Source of the DNA: Acidobacteriota bacterium
Lineage (GTDB): Bacteria > Acidobacteriota > UBA890 > WLXD01
NCBI GenBank assembly: GCA_965248695.1
Contig: CBDFKD010000002.1
Coordinates: 4,416,001 to 4,480,000, forward strand
Length of the DNA: 64,000 bases
Reading direction: 5' to 3'
The position numbers and the translations under genes were made by a program. The notes beneath the pieces are model-generated. The model searched no databases. It had not been told where the DNA came from and saw nothing but the letters and a program-made list of their open reading frames with translations. This document shows positions 20,471-30,064 of this stretch, in pieces (the stretch's first letter is position 1; every line of letters starts with the position of its first letter).

Positions 20471-20845
20471 TCATCGTTGGCGGTCGCGGCGCCAAATCCA
20501 GCCGTAGATCACTGCGTTGAGCGCGATCACCGCCAGCCCCAGACCGATTTGGATTTCTCGCGTCAGGCCAGCGGGGTAGAGCACAGGTATCAGGTAGTGC
20601 TCGATGAAGCTTCCTTCGTATCCGTGCAGGCCGGCTTGCTGGCGCCAGTGATTCTCCAGCGGCGTGAGGGGACAGATCTAGCCGCCGAGCGAGATGAGCG
20701 CCCCCCACACGGCACACGGGACATGTACCCACGCGAAGCGGCGCCACCGCAGTACCAGGATTCCTCCAGCCACGACGACCGTCACGAAGCCGAGGTGGAT
20801 CAGAACGGTCAGGTTGGCCAGAAGACCGTAGAAAGAGGCGTCCAT
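20471..20845 (-). pseudogene. DUF2784 membrane protein with in-frame TAG at codon 56
   Basis: 'IHLGFV...RFAWVHVP...WGALISLGG*ICPLTPLEN.WR..AG..GY.GSFIEHYLIPVLYP'; the stop (20678-20680) falls where the family has W. Confidence 0.8.
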
Positions 20846-20858
20846 GCAGTTGCCCGCG

Positions 20859-21000
20859 CTACGGGTCCGTCGGCACGAGCCGCTTCAGCTCGTCGAACCA
20901 GTTGGTGATGAGCGTGACGTGGCCTCTGCGAGTCTGGCTCTCGTTGTCCTCAGGGAACATCACGAAACTCTGACCGTCGGTGCTATACGTCGTAGCTGCC
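20859..21000 (-). pseudogene. C-terminal remnant of an acidobacterial-type Ser/Thr kinase-PD40 propeller gene
   Basis: 'DGQSFVM...HVTLITNWFDELKRLVP' resembles the typical terminus of these proteins; no start codon or upstream domains. Confidence 0.55.
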
Positions 21001-21323
21001 CAACCTGGAACTGGCTAATTGATCACGACGCCGGGGATGTAATTGAGCTCGCCGGTCGCCGGCACCGTCTCCACCAAGTAGGTGTAGACGGGCCCGCGCT
21101 TCTTGAAGACCTTCGTCTCCAGCCAAACGTCAGCCCCTTGGGCCTTGGCGGGAAACGACCCCAGTTGTCCCCTCCTGGCCGCCGTTGGCCGCTCCTGGCC
21201 GTTACCCCTGATCTTCCTGCAGAGAGCCTGCTACGGTCCGCGGTGCCCTTCCAGATCCAATCAATGACGAGCGTGACAGTGCGATAGGCTTCGCCATGAT
21301 GTTCGAGAAGGAGCAGCAAATCT

Positions 21324-22019
21324 ATGCGGCGTATCGGATTTCTCTGCACCCTCTTTTGCGCGTTCACCAGTTTCGCTCTGGCGCTGCAGAGCCCTGAGCT
21401 GCGGCAGAAGGTCGCCGCGGCCAAAGAGGCGGCGGCGCGAAACCAGCAGGCGCTGCGCGGTTATTCGTGGATCAGCAAGACCGACGTCCTTGTCAAGGGC
21501 GAGGTCAAGAACACGAAGATCGAGTCCTGCCAGTACGGCCCGGACGGCACGGTACAGAAAACCGAGATTTCCGAGCCCGCCGCGCCTGCGCGGAGGAGGC
21601 GTGGCCTTCGCGGGAGGGTTGCTGCGAAGCAGACCGCCGAAATGCAGCAGGAGATGCAAAGCGCGGCTGCCCTCGTGCGCAGCTACGTTCCGCCGGCACC
21701 GGACAAGCTCCAGGCGGTTATGGCCGCCGGCGGTGTTTCGCTCACCCGAGCGGGCGACGGTAGCGTGGGGCTCCGTTTCGCGGACTACGAGAAATCCGGT
21801 GACTCGCTGGCATTGACGCTCGACTCCACGGCGAACACCTTGCAGCGGGTGAGCGTCGACACGTGGACGGGGGAGCCGACGAACCAGGTCACGCTCGAAG
21901 TGGGATTCCAGTCGCTATCGGACGGGACCAGCTACGCCGCCAGCACGGTGTTGAAGATTCCGGGCGAAGAGATCGAGGTTCACATCAATAACAGCGACTT
22001 CGCGAAGCCGGCGCAGTAG
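21324..22019 (+). CDS. Hypothetical secreted protein
   Basis: AGGAG RBS; Sec-type signal peptide; 231 aa. Confidence 0.8.
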   Translation: MRRIGFLCTLFCAFTSFALALQSPELRQKVAAAKEAAARNQQALRGYSWISKTDVLVKGEVKNTKIESCQYGPDGTVQKTEISEPAAPARRRRGLRGRVAAKQTAEMQQEMQSAAALVRSYVPPAPDKLQAVMAAGGVSLTRAGDGSVGLRFADYEKSGDSLALTLDSTANTLQRVSVDTWTGEPTNQVTLEVGFQSLSDGTSYAASTVLKIPGEEIEVHINNSDFAKPAQ

Positions 22020-22041
22020 GTGGATGCATACTGGAGGAAAT

Positions 22042-22478
22042 ATGCAGAGATCAGACGTCACACCCTTCGTGCTGATAGTTCTGGCGCTGGCGGTCGTATC
22101 TGGCGCCGTGGCAGTAGTACCTGGGTACGCTGGAGTTTCGGGGCTCTTTGGCTACACGTCAGCAGACGACCAGGTGCCCCCCGTGGATTGGGGTGAGATC
22201 TCCGACACGTGCCTCACCGGAAAGCGGCAGTCGCCGATAGCGATCAGTACCTCTGACGCCAATCGGAGGGGCGAGTCGGCTCCCGAGATGGACTACGGCA
22301 CCTCCGACCTGACCGTATTCAACAACGGGCACACCATCGAGGCGGAAGTCCACGACGGTGCAGGGGGGATCGTTGTCAACGGCAAGTCCTACGATCTCCT
22401 GCAGTTCCACATCCACTACGGCAGCGAGCACATGATCAACGGCAACATCTACTTTGCCGAGATCCACTTGGTGCACTC
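22042..22478 (+). pseudogene. Alpha-carbonic anhydrase, 3'-truncated by an IS end
   Basis: 'QSPI', 'NNGHTI', 'QFHIH..SEH...AEIHLVH'; similarity stops exactly at the IS3-like terminus at 22479. Confidence 0.85.
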
Positions 22479-22700
22479 TGGAGTTACCCCGTTTCGGTGG
22501 ACAGTTGAACGCTTGGATTTGAGGCCGTAGTCGTAGTGCTGTGGGAACTCGTGGGAGCCGCAGAGCGGCTTCCAAGTGGCGGTGCGGATCGCGGCGCGAT
22601 CTGCATGGGTACGGCAGTTTCCACAGCCGGTGACGGGGTCTCGGAGTAGCTCCTCTCGTAGGCGATTGGGGATTGGTTTCCGAGCGCAGAGTGGCCACCC
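22479..22700 (-). mobile_element. IS3-family remnant (right end plus transposase C-terminus)
   Basis: Terminus TGGAGTTACCCCGTTTCGGTGGACA; minus frame reads 'HSALGNQSPIAYE...QLSTETG*' and ends inside that repeat. Confidence 0.7.
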
Positions 22701-22729
22701 AGCCCGTAGCTTGAACCAGGAGGTGAGCC

Positions 22730-24055
22730 ATGAAGCGTCGTTGGCAACTCGCTGGGATCGTCTTGGGGATCTCGGTGGCGAGCGCCGCGTTGGTTGCATC
22801 TGGCGGGGAAGCCAAATCGAGCCCCGCGCCTCTGCCGGCCGCTGCGATCTGGACGCAAGATCATTGGACGGAGTTCAGCCAAGAAAGGCCGGGGATCCTG
22901 CGTTACCGGCAGCCGGATTGGTCCGGTGATTGGAACCCCTGGGGCTTGGCCGCCGGCGCATGCCTCGAGTACGTTCACCCCGGGGATTTCGGCTTCGTCA
23001 GCTGCGCGACGGCCACACCCAACTGGTTGTTCGAGTTTCATCAACCGTGGAACAACTACCGGCTGCGCTACCGCGACAACCGGTGGGGCTTCCCGCAGGG
23101 TGCATGTCTGCTCGAGGGTCGCTACCAACACTCCAACGTCGGAGGCGGGCCGAGCTCGGATTGGAGAGATTGCAACAGCCACGGAGCCGGATGGTGGCAA
23201 ATGGGACGCAACGATGATGCAGCTGGATCCGGGTTCGTGATCTACACCAGTTGGAGCGGTGGCTTCAGCCCAACGGACAGGTGCTTCGACTACGAGAGCT
23301 ACTCCATTCAGATCACCACGTGCGGCAACCGATGGAACGCCTGGACACTCGAGGGGGCGCCGTCCACCCGCTTCTCCTCGAGAATCGCTGATGAGGACAG
23401 GTTCCGAAACGAGCCTCGCTACGTAAGCGACCCGTCGAAGCTCCAGGCCGGAGATCGGCTGGCGATCCGGTCGAGGTTCATCGCTGGGCAGGCGCTGTAC
23501 GTGGCGGATGCGCTGCTCGAAGGCTCGAGCCACGACGGTGGCTATCGGGTCGGCGAGACCCCAAGGAGCCCAGCACCCGCGACGATCAACCGGCCGGGTG
23601 AGCGAAGCACATTCATCGTCCGCGAGATCCTCGATCCCGATCGGTACGGTGATCTGTGGCGGAGCAACGGCTTCGCCGAAACACCATCCTTCACAGCTCT
23701 CCGACTCGGATGCTGGCAAGGCAGTGTCATCCGGAACGGTAGCGTGCTGACCTGTAGCGCGGGCGCAGAGTCGCTCGAGCTATTGCTGTTGGCTTCGCGA
23801 CCCGCCCATCCGACCTACGCGGACCGGCTGACGGAGCTGCGGTCCAACTCCAACACGACAGGATTTGCCCTGTTGGGGCGACGTCCCGGCGAGACTATCT
23901 GGTCCACCTTCGGAATGGTCGGGCAAGTGGACACCAAGGGCGACGTCGTCACGCGGATCTTCGGGCAGATGACCGGAGTGCGGGGTATTCAAGACCGCCT
24001 GCCAAACCATCAGTTCGAGGTATGGCTGCTGCCCGACGAGTCGTCCCCGCAGTAG
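22730..24055 (+). CDS. Secreted protein with a ricin-B-like beta-trefoil region
   Basis: AGGAGG RBS; signal peptide; three C-(L/F)...C...W repeats. Confidence 0.7.
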   Translation: MKRRWQLAGIVLGISVASAALVASGGEAKSSPAPLPAAAIWTQDHWTEFSQERPGILRYRQPDWSGDWNPWGLAAGACLEYVHPGDFGFVSCATATPNWLFEFHQPWNNYRLRYRDNRWGFPQGACLLEGRYQHSNVGGGPSSDWRDCNSHGAGWWQMGRNDDAAGSGFVIYTSWSGGFSPTDRCFDYESYSIQITTCGNRWNAWTLEGAPSTRFSSRIADEDRFRNEPRYVSDPSKLQAGDRLAIRSRFIAGQALYVADALLEGSSHDGGYRVGETPRSPAPATINRPGERSTFIVREILDPDRYGDLWRSNGFAETPSFTALRLGCWQGSVIRNGSVLTCSAGAESLELLLLASRPAHPTYADRLTELRSNSNTTGFALLGRRPGETIWSTFGMVGQVDTKGDVVTRIFGQMTGVRGIQDRLPNHQFEVWLLPDESSPQ

Positions 24056-24420
24056 GACTGGTAGCCTCCGGGGCTGGTCACGGGGCGTTCTGGGCGAGCG
24101 ATAAGATCCGATATGGAAACTAGCTAGGCGCAGCTAAACTGACTGTATTGGCAATCAATTACGCCGGATTCGACGCAGAATCGAGCGTCGGCGCGCGGCA
24201 TTTTCTTTGGGCTCGGGCCATACATCCGCGCCCTTGCGCACGGGGCGATCCTGTAAGGCTCGTGACGCGACGCAACGCGGTTCAAGCACTCTCGCGAGCA
24301 TCCGACTGAAAGCCCATTCCAGTCTGGCGATTCACCGTCGCCAATATATGCTGTGCGCCGAAGATATGTACTGCCGCCGGGGTGTACCGGTCGCCGCAGC
24401 CAGCCCAGAGGAGTGACTCC

Positions 24421-25455
24421 ATGCGCAGAGTCGGGTCCGCACTGCCATTCGTCGGCCTTTCGGCGGTCGCCATCGCGTTCGCACTGGTTTTCGGCGCTTC
24501 GATGAGTCCGGCAGCGGCGCAGGCTGACTCCGTGTGGTTGTTTGCCACGCTGCCCGCGGAGGATCTGGTGGCGCAGATCGATTTCGAGACCGGGGCCACG
24601 AACGAGTACCAGGTTGCGGCGGCCGGACGGGCGCGTGGGCAGCACAAGCCGATGGGTATCGTCGGTGCGGAGGCCGGGGCGGCGATTGCATTTCTGCGAG
24701 GTACGAACGCGGCCGCCGTAATGGTTCCCAATGTCGGGCAGTTGCTGTCCCTACCGTTGGGCGCTGGCCCCACGGATGGAGCGCTCGACCCCACCGACCT
24801 GAACGTCGGCTTCGTAGCCCTGCAGGGAGAGAACGCAGCGCAGTTTGCCGGTGCTCTCGGTGCCGGGCCGAAGGTCAGCACGCAGGTGACCAGGCCCTGG
24901 GACCTGGCGCTCGCCGGCGACTTCATCGCTGTCGCTGGCAAGGGCGGAATCGACATCGTCGAGCGCGGAGATTTCCGCGCCGGTCGTCGCGGTGCGCCGG
25001 AGATCTCGGCCCGAGAATCGCGGTCGGTGGCGTGCAACAGTGCCGGAACCGAGTGTGCGGCGACGGATTTCAAGGGCAACAAGACAATCGTGTTCGACCC
25101 CGACGGCGGAGCCGTGATCGCCGAGATCAACTTCAAGAAAATCGGCAAGCGGCCATGGGGAGTGGAGTACTTCAACGACGACGTCTTGCTGGTTGCTTCC
25201 AACAAGAAGAACAGGCTTGTCTGCGTCGACCTGACCAGCGCGCGGGCTCGGGGCGCTGTCGAGACGAACGCGGTGCCGACCGGCAAGAAGCCGACCAACG
25301 TGGTGAAGGTCAACGACCAGTACGTCGCCGTGACCAACTACTCGGGCGCTTCGATCACGGTTGTCGAGGTCACCGCGTCGGGGGCCTGCTCGACTGGCTT
25401 CACGATTCCGCTGAGCGGCAATCCGTTCGACGTCGGCGTCGTTCCCAAGCTCTAG
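24421..25455 (+). CDS. Secreted beta-propeller protein (YVTN/YncE-like)
   Basis: GAGGAG RBS; signal ending 'AAAQA'; blade repeats 'GKRPWGV', 'TGKKPTNV', 'AVTNYSGASITVV', 'GNPFDV'. Confidence 0.8.
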   Translation: MRRVGSALPFVGLSAVAIAFALVFGASMSPAAAQADSVWLFATLPAEDLVAQIDFETGATNEYQVAAAGRARGQHKPMGIVGAEAGAAIAFLRGTNAAAVMVPNVGQLLSLPLGAGPTDGALDPTDLNVGFVALQGENAAQFAGALGAGPKVSTQVTRPWDLALAGDFIAVAGKGGIDIVERGDFRAGRRGAPEISARESRSVACNSAGTECAATDFKGNKTIVFDPDGGAVIAEINFKKIGKRPWGVEYFNDDVLLVASNKKNRLVCVDLTSARARGAVETNAVPTGKKPTNVVKVNDQYVAVTNYSGASITVVEVTASGACSTGFTIPLSGNPFDVGVVPKL

Positions 25456-25471
25456 CGGCCGCGCGTCGCGC

Positions 25472-26668
25472 TCACGTAGTCGGGATCTCCAACGCCACGA
25501 CCGACATGTCGTCGTCCCGACCGCCGTCGCCACACCAATCCTGGACCTCGCATAGCAGGCGATCGATGCTGGCGTCGAGGTCGAGGTCGCGCGCCGCTAT
25601 CAGGCAGTCAGTGATGCGGTCGTAGCCGAACATCTCGTCGTCTGCACCCATTGCCTCGTTGAATCCATCCGAGCAGATGTAGACGCGGTCGCCCGGCTCG
25701 AGGTGGATCGTGGCGTCGCTCCACCTGGCCTTCGGAAACCAGCCAATGGCGGTGCCGGTGGGCGGGTGTACATCGCACACGCCGTTGGCCTTCAGGTGAA
25801 CGGGGCCCGGGTGAGCTGCGGCCACGAAGCGGAGCTCCATGCGCTCGGCGTCGAGCACCGCGTAGGTGATGGTGAAGTACTGGCGGGTCTCAGGATTCAT
25901 CGGGAATCGGATGTTGAGCCGCTCCGCCACGCGAGCCGGCGACAGCAGCACGTTCTCATCCGGCCGCGACGCCTCGTCGATCAGGAGCGATGCCTCCTCC
26001 AGGTGGGGAAGGATGCGGTTGAGCGTTACCGACAGCAACGCCGCTGGCACACCGTGTCCGCTGACATCGAGCAGATACAGGCCCACCCGATGCTCGCCAA
26101 GCCAGAACACGTCGAGGATGTCGCCGGCCAACTCGTCGCACGGCAGGAAACGCCACGCGAAGCGCGCTCTGCTGAGCTCCGGCAGGGTTTGCGGCATCAG
26201 GGCGTTCTGCACCCTGGCCGCGGCCAGCAGGTCGGACTTCATGCGCTGATGGGTCGCCTCGAGCTCGCGCCGCGCCCGCTTCAGTTCCAGCTGGGTCCGG
26301 ACTCGCGCCTGTACCACCGGGAAATCGAGCGGTTTGGTGACGTAGTCGTTGGCGCCGAGCTTGAGCGCGTGGACGATATCCTCGGACTCGTCCTTGGCGG
26401 TCGCCATGATGATCGGCAGGTCTCCCATGTCCTGCGTCCGGCGTACTTCCTCCAGGACCTGCAGGCCATCGATGCCGGGCATCATCACGTCGAGCAGGAC
26501 GAGGTCGAACTGTCGTTCGGCGATCTTCTCGAGCGCCTCGGCGCCGTCGCACGCCACCTCAACCTCGTGGCCTCGGCGACGCAGACGGCGCGACAGCATG
26601 TCGCGGTTCATCTCGTCGTCGTCAACGACTAGTAACGGGCCTTCTTCGAGGGCGATCGTGTCGCTCAC
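25472..26668 (-). CDS. Receiver domain plus PP2C (SpoIIE/RsbU-type) phosphatase
   Basis: 'LLVVDDD', 'LLDVMMP'; 'AGDILD', 'DVSGHGVPAAL', 'SDG..E', 'DDMS'; GTGA overlap with the upstream stop. Confidence 0.93.
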   Translation of the reverse strand: MSDTIALEEGPLLVVDDDEMNRDMLSRRLRRRGHEVEVACDGAEALEKIAERQFDLVLLDVMMPGIDGLQVLEEVRRTQDMGDLPIIMATAKDESEDIVHALKLGANDYVTKPLDFPVVQARVRTQLELKRARRELEATHQRMKSDLLAAARVQNALMPQTLPELSRARFAWRFLPCDELAGDILDVFWLGEHRVGLYLLDVSGHGVPAALLSVTLNRILPHLEEASLLIDEASRPDENVLLSPARVAERLNIRFPMNPETRQYFTITYAVLDAERMELRFVAAAHPGPVHLKANGVCDVHPPTGTAIGWFPKARWSDATIHLEPGDRVYICSDGFNEAMGADDEMFGYDRITDCLIAARDLDLDASIDRLLCEVQDWCGDGGRDDDMSVVALEIPTT

Positions 26669-27054
26669 GGCGCTGCGGTCTGACCTAGCAACGCTTCGAT
26701 TTTGCCGATCAAGCGGGCGAGGTCGATCGGTTTGGTGTCGTAGTCGTCGCATCCCGCCTCGAGCGCTTTCTCTCGGTCGCCGGCCATCGCGTGGGCGGTG
26801 AGCGCGATGACCGGAATGCCGGCCGTTCCTGGTTTGGCCTTGATGCGGCGAGTGGCCTCCCAGCCGTCGATGATCGGTAGGCTCATGTCCATCAGCACGA
26901 TGTCCGGCAACTCCGCCACCGCCATTGCCACGGCCTGCTCACCATCGATGGCGAGGGTGACCGCATAGCCCTTGCGTCCCAGCCGGCGCGACAGCATGTC
27001 GCGGTTCATCTCGTTGTCCTCCACCAGCAGGACTGTGGCGGTTGCGCTCGTCAT
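26665..27054 (-). CDS. Single-domain response regulator (DivK-like)
   Basis: 'LLVEDNEMN', 'LMDMSLP..DG', 'ALTAHAM.GD', 'TKPID'. Confidence 0.95.
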   Translation of the reverse strand: MTSATATVLLVEDNEMNRDMLSRRLGRKGYAVTLAIDGEQAVAMAVAELPDIVLMDMSLPIIDGWEATRRIKAKPGTAGIPVIALTAHAMAGDREKALEAGCDDYDTKPIDLARLIGKIEALLGQTAAP

Positions 27055-27064
27055 CAGGTCCCTC

Positions 27065-29419
27065 TCATGGCGTCGCCGTCGGTCCGGCGGAGCTCTCCTG
27101 TACGAGCCTCCGGATCTCGTTTAACACTTCGTCGGTGGTTCTCGAGCTCTTCTGAATTACCCGCTGCACGCGGTTTGTCAGCCGGGCGTGTTCGTCCTTG
27201 CTGAGCTCCTTGGCGGTGATTACCACGATCGGAACATCGTTGCGGGACTCGTCGGCCTGGAGCTTTTCTACGAATTCGAAGCCGTCCATTTCCGGCATCA
27301 TCAGGTCGAGCAGAATCACGTCGGGTCGCGACTCTGCGACGCGTTCCAGTGCGACGCGTCCGTTCTCCGCCGCCGACCACGTCCACCCCGCCTTCTCCAT
27401 GATCCGGGCGAGCATCTCGCGGGTGCTGGCATCGTCTTCCACGACCAGCGCGTAGCCGGTGCCGGCGTTGCCGCGATATCGGTTGAGCACCGCCACGAGC
27501 CGCTCGCGGTCGATGGGCTTGCTCAGGTAGTCGGATGCGCCGAGTGTGTATCCGAGGTTGTGTTTGTCGACCATCGACAGCATCACCACCGGGATATCCG
27601 CCAGCTCAGGATCAGACTTCAAGTCGCCGAGCACCTCCCATCCGTCACGGCCCGGCATAACCACGTCGAGAGTGATCGCCATCGGCTTGAGCTCCGATGC
27701 CAGTCGAAGCCCTTCACTGGCGTCCGCCGCCGCCACGACATCGAATCCCTCCCGGGCCAGGAACTGCTTGATCAGGTCGCGCGCCGCGGGATCGTCGTCG
27801 ATCGCCAGCACGACATCTCCCGTAGCTCCACGAACGCGGACGGCGGAAGGGGGTGACGCACTCGCCTCTGACGGCGTCTCGCCAGCAGGGTCGCTCTTGA
27901 CCTGCCCGGCATCCATCGGCAGTCGCGCCATGAACTGGCTGCCCTCGCCGACCTCGGAGGTAACCGTGATATCGCCGCCGAGCATGTTGGCGAACTTGCG
28001 TGAGATCGCCAGGCCGAGCCCGGTGCCACCGTACTTGCGGCTGACGCTGGCATCGGCTTGTTGGAAGGCCTCGAAGATCTTCGCCGCTTGCTCGTCGGTC
28101 ATCCCGACACCGGTGTCCGCTACGCGGAAGACGATCTCGTCGGTGTCGTCGGTGACCTCCCTGTCGGCGGCGAACGTGATGGTGCCGTTCTCGGTGAACT
28201 TCGAGGCGTTCGACAGAAGGTTCAGCAGGATCTGACGCACACGTGTCTCGTCGGATCGCATCGTTGCAACGTCGTCGGCAATCTCGACGGCGAGTTTGTT
28301 GCCGTTCTTCTGTACCAGGGGACGCACCGTCGTCGCCAGGTACTCGAACAGATCCGGCACGTTGAAGTCACGGATCTCCACCTCGATCTTGCCGGCTTCG
28401 ACCTTCGACAGATCGAGAATGTCGTTGATGAGGGTCAGTAGGTGCTTGCCGGCCTTGCGGATCTTCTCCAGATCGGGAACGAAGTCTTCCTGGTCGAGGT
28501 CCTCCGCCTCTTCTCCGAGCAACTCGCTGTACCCGATGATGGCGTTCAACGGGGTCCGTAGCTCGTGGCTCATGTTGGCGAGAAAGTAGCTCTTGGCGCG
28601 GTTGGCGTCCTCGGCCCGGTCGCGGGCCACGCGCAACTCGTCGTCCCGGGTCTCGATCTCCTGCAGCATGTGGTTGATGCTGTCGATGAGTTGTCCGACC
28701 TCGTCGTCGCTGTGCTTGTCGGCGCGTACTGAGTAGTCGCGCTCACCAGAAACGCTGGTCGTCAGGCGCACCAGCTTGAGGATTGGCGCCGAGATCACCC
28801 GCCGGAACTGAGCCGAGATCAGGAATGCGATCAGCGAGGATCCCAACAACACGACCCCCGTCAAGCCGCCGTAGTTGCGCAGGCGCGCGTTGATCGCCGT
28901 CAAGTCGGACTGGATGCAGATCGTACCGATGATCTCGCCGCCGCTTTCCATGGTACGGAACAGGAGCAGGTAGCCGTCCTCGAAGTAGGCTCCGGAATCT
29001 CGAACGCGCGGTGGCACGACGGCGGCGCCGCTGTCGCGGAAGTACGACGCGAACAGGCTGTTGTCGGGTCGGAAGATATACGCCGCGACGATGGTCTCCT
29101 GGGCCCGGAGGGCGGCCAGCGTCTCGTCGGCGGACGCTTGCGCGTCGAAATCGACCGCCGCCGTCGTGTTCGAACGCATGATCTCGGTGAGCACACCCAC
29201 GTCTTCAACCAGCGACTGGCGGAAGGTGTAGATGTCGTACACGGCCCAGGTCGAGCTTGCCAGCAGCAGGGCGACGATGGCGGTGAGCATCATGCCCACC
29301 GTCAGCTTGCGCGTGATGGGCGCGTCGATGAACCAGCGTCGCATATGGCCTCGTTGCCGTTCGGAATCCTGGGCGCTCATGATCATATGCGTCCGCTTGC
29401 CGATTGTCGGCGTCAACAT
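27065..29419 (-). CDS. Hybrid sensor kinase: CHASE8-like sensor, HAMP, HisKA, HATPase, two receivers
   Basis: Two TM helices around a periplasmic domain; '[16 protein letters not shown]'; 'GGTGLGL'; two REC domains; exact start uncertain. Confidence 0.92.
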   Translation of the reverse strand: MLTPTIGKRTHMIMSAQDSERQRGHMRRWFIDAPITRKLTVGMMLTAIVALLLASSTWAVYDIYTFRQSLVEDVGVLTEIMRSNTTAAVDFDAQASADETLAALRAQETIVAAYIFRPDNSLFASYFRDSGAAVVPPRVRDSGAYFEDGYLLLFRTMESGGEIIGTICIQSDLTAINARLRNYGGLTGVVLLGSSLIAFLISAQFRRVISAPILKLVRLTTSVSGERDYSVRADKHSDDEVGQLIDSINHMLQEIETRDDELRVARDRAEDANRAKSYFLANMSHELRTPLNAIIGYSELLGEEAEDLDQEDFVPDLEKIRKAGKHLLTLINDILDLSKVEAGKIEVEIRDFNVPDLFEYLATTVRPLVQKNGNKLAVEIADDVATMRSDETRVRQILLNLLSNASKFTENGTITFAADREVTDDTDEIVFRVADTGVGMTDEQAAKIFEAFQQADASVSRKYGGTGLGLAISRKFANMLGGDITVTSEVGEGSQFMARLPMDAGQVKSDPAGETPSEASASPPSAVRVRGATGDVVLAIDDDPAARDLIKQFLAREGFDVVAAADASEGLRLASELKPMAITLDVVMPGRDGWEVLGDLKSDPELADIPVVMLSMVDKHNLGYTLGASDYLSKPIDRERLVAVLNRYRGNAGTGYALVVEDDASTREMLARIMEKAGWTWSAAENGRVALERVAESRPDVILLDLMMPEMDGFEFVEKLQADESRNDVPIVVITAKELSKDEHARLTNRVQRVIQKSSRTTDEVLNEIRRLVQESSAGPTATP

Positions 29420-29444
29420 GCGTTTGAGACGCTGACCCTCGCCG

Positions 29445-30062
29445 CTAGCGGACCACGGTCGCTATGCGCAGGAGGCTGGCATCGAACTCGCTGCCCTCCT
29501 GCCGAGACGCCGGCAGGTTGATCAGCACCTGCGGCTTGTCACGGTTTACTCCGACGCCGATGGCAACGCCCTGCTCCACTAGGGCAGGCACTCCCGTCGC
29601 CGATACGATGCGGCTGGATCGCGCTACCCGCAGGACCATGGGCACGTCAACCGCGCCGGGAGCCACGTACAGCACGCTGACCGCGTCGATCTGGATGGCG
29701 GCGATCAGCTCGTCCTCGGTGCCGATGGGGATGCGCGTGAAGCGGATCGGCAACCCCTTCACGCTCTTGCCCGTCAGGGCGTCGAGAACGGCAGCTACCT
29801 CGCCGGCCGCCCGTTCTGATTCGGCGTCGCCGGCACGGAAGACGATACCGACGGTGAGCGCGTCGCCGGGGCGGCTCGCCAGGTTTCGGTCGTACGTCAG
29901 GATCTTCAGGAGGAGCGGGACCTGCAGGTTGGCGGGTACCGCCATCTGCTGCGCGACCACGCTCGTCGGCGCCCCGATCACGAGGGCACAGGCGAGCAAG
30001 ACCGCGGCGCACAGACGCCGCCATCGGCCGGCGTGATCGAGGTGTCGGCGACGCGTCGGCAT
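29445..30062 (-). CDS. YfiR family (DUF4154-like) periplasmic protein
   Basis: Signal peptide; 'LLKILTYDR'; C-terminal 'INL......G..F.ASLLRIA'; lies between a TonB receptor and a CHASE8-type kinase. Confidence 0.8.
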   Translation of the reverse strand: MPTRRRHLDHAGRWRRLCAAVLLACALVIGAPTSVVAQQMAVPANLQVPLLLKILTYDRNLASRPGDALTVGIVFRAGDAESERAAGEVAAVLDALTGKSVKGLPIRFTRIPIGTEDELIAAIQIDAVSVLYVAPGAVDVPMVLRVARSSRIVSATGVPALVEQGVAIGVGVNRDKPQVLINLPASRQEGSEFDASLLRIATVVR

Positions 30063-30064
30063 GG

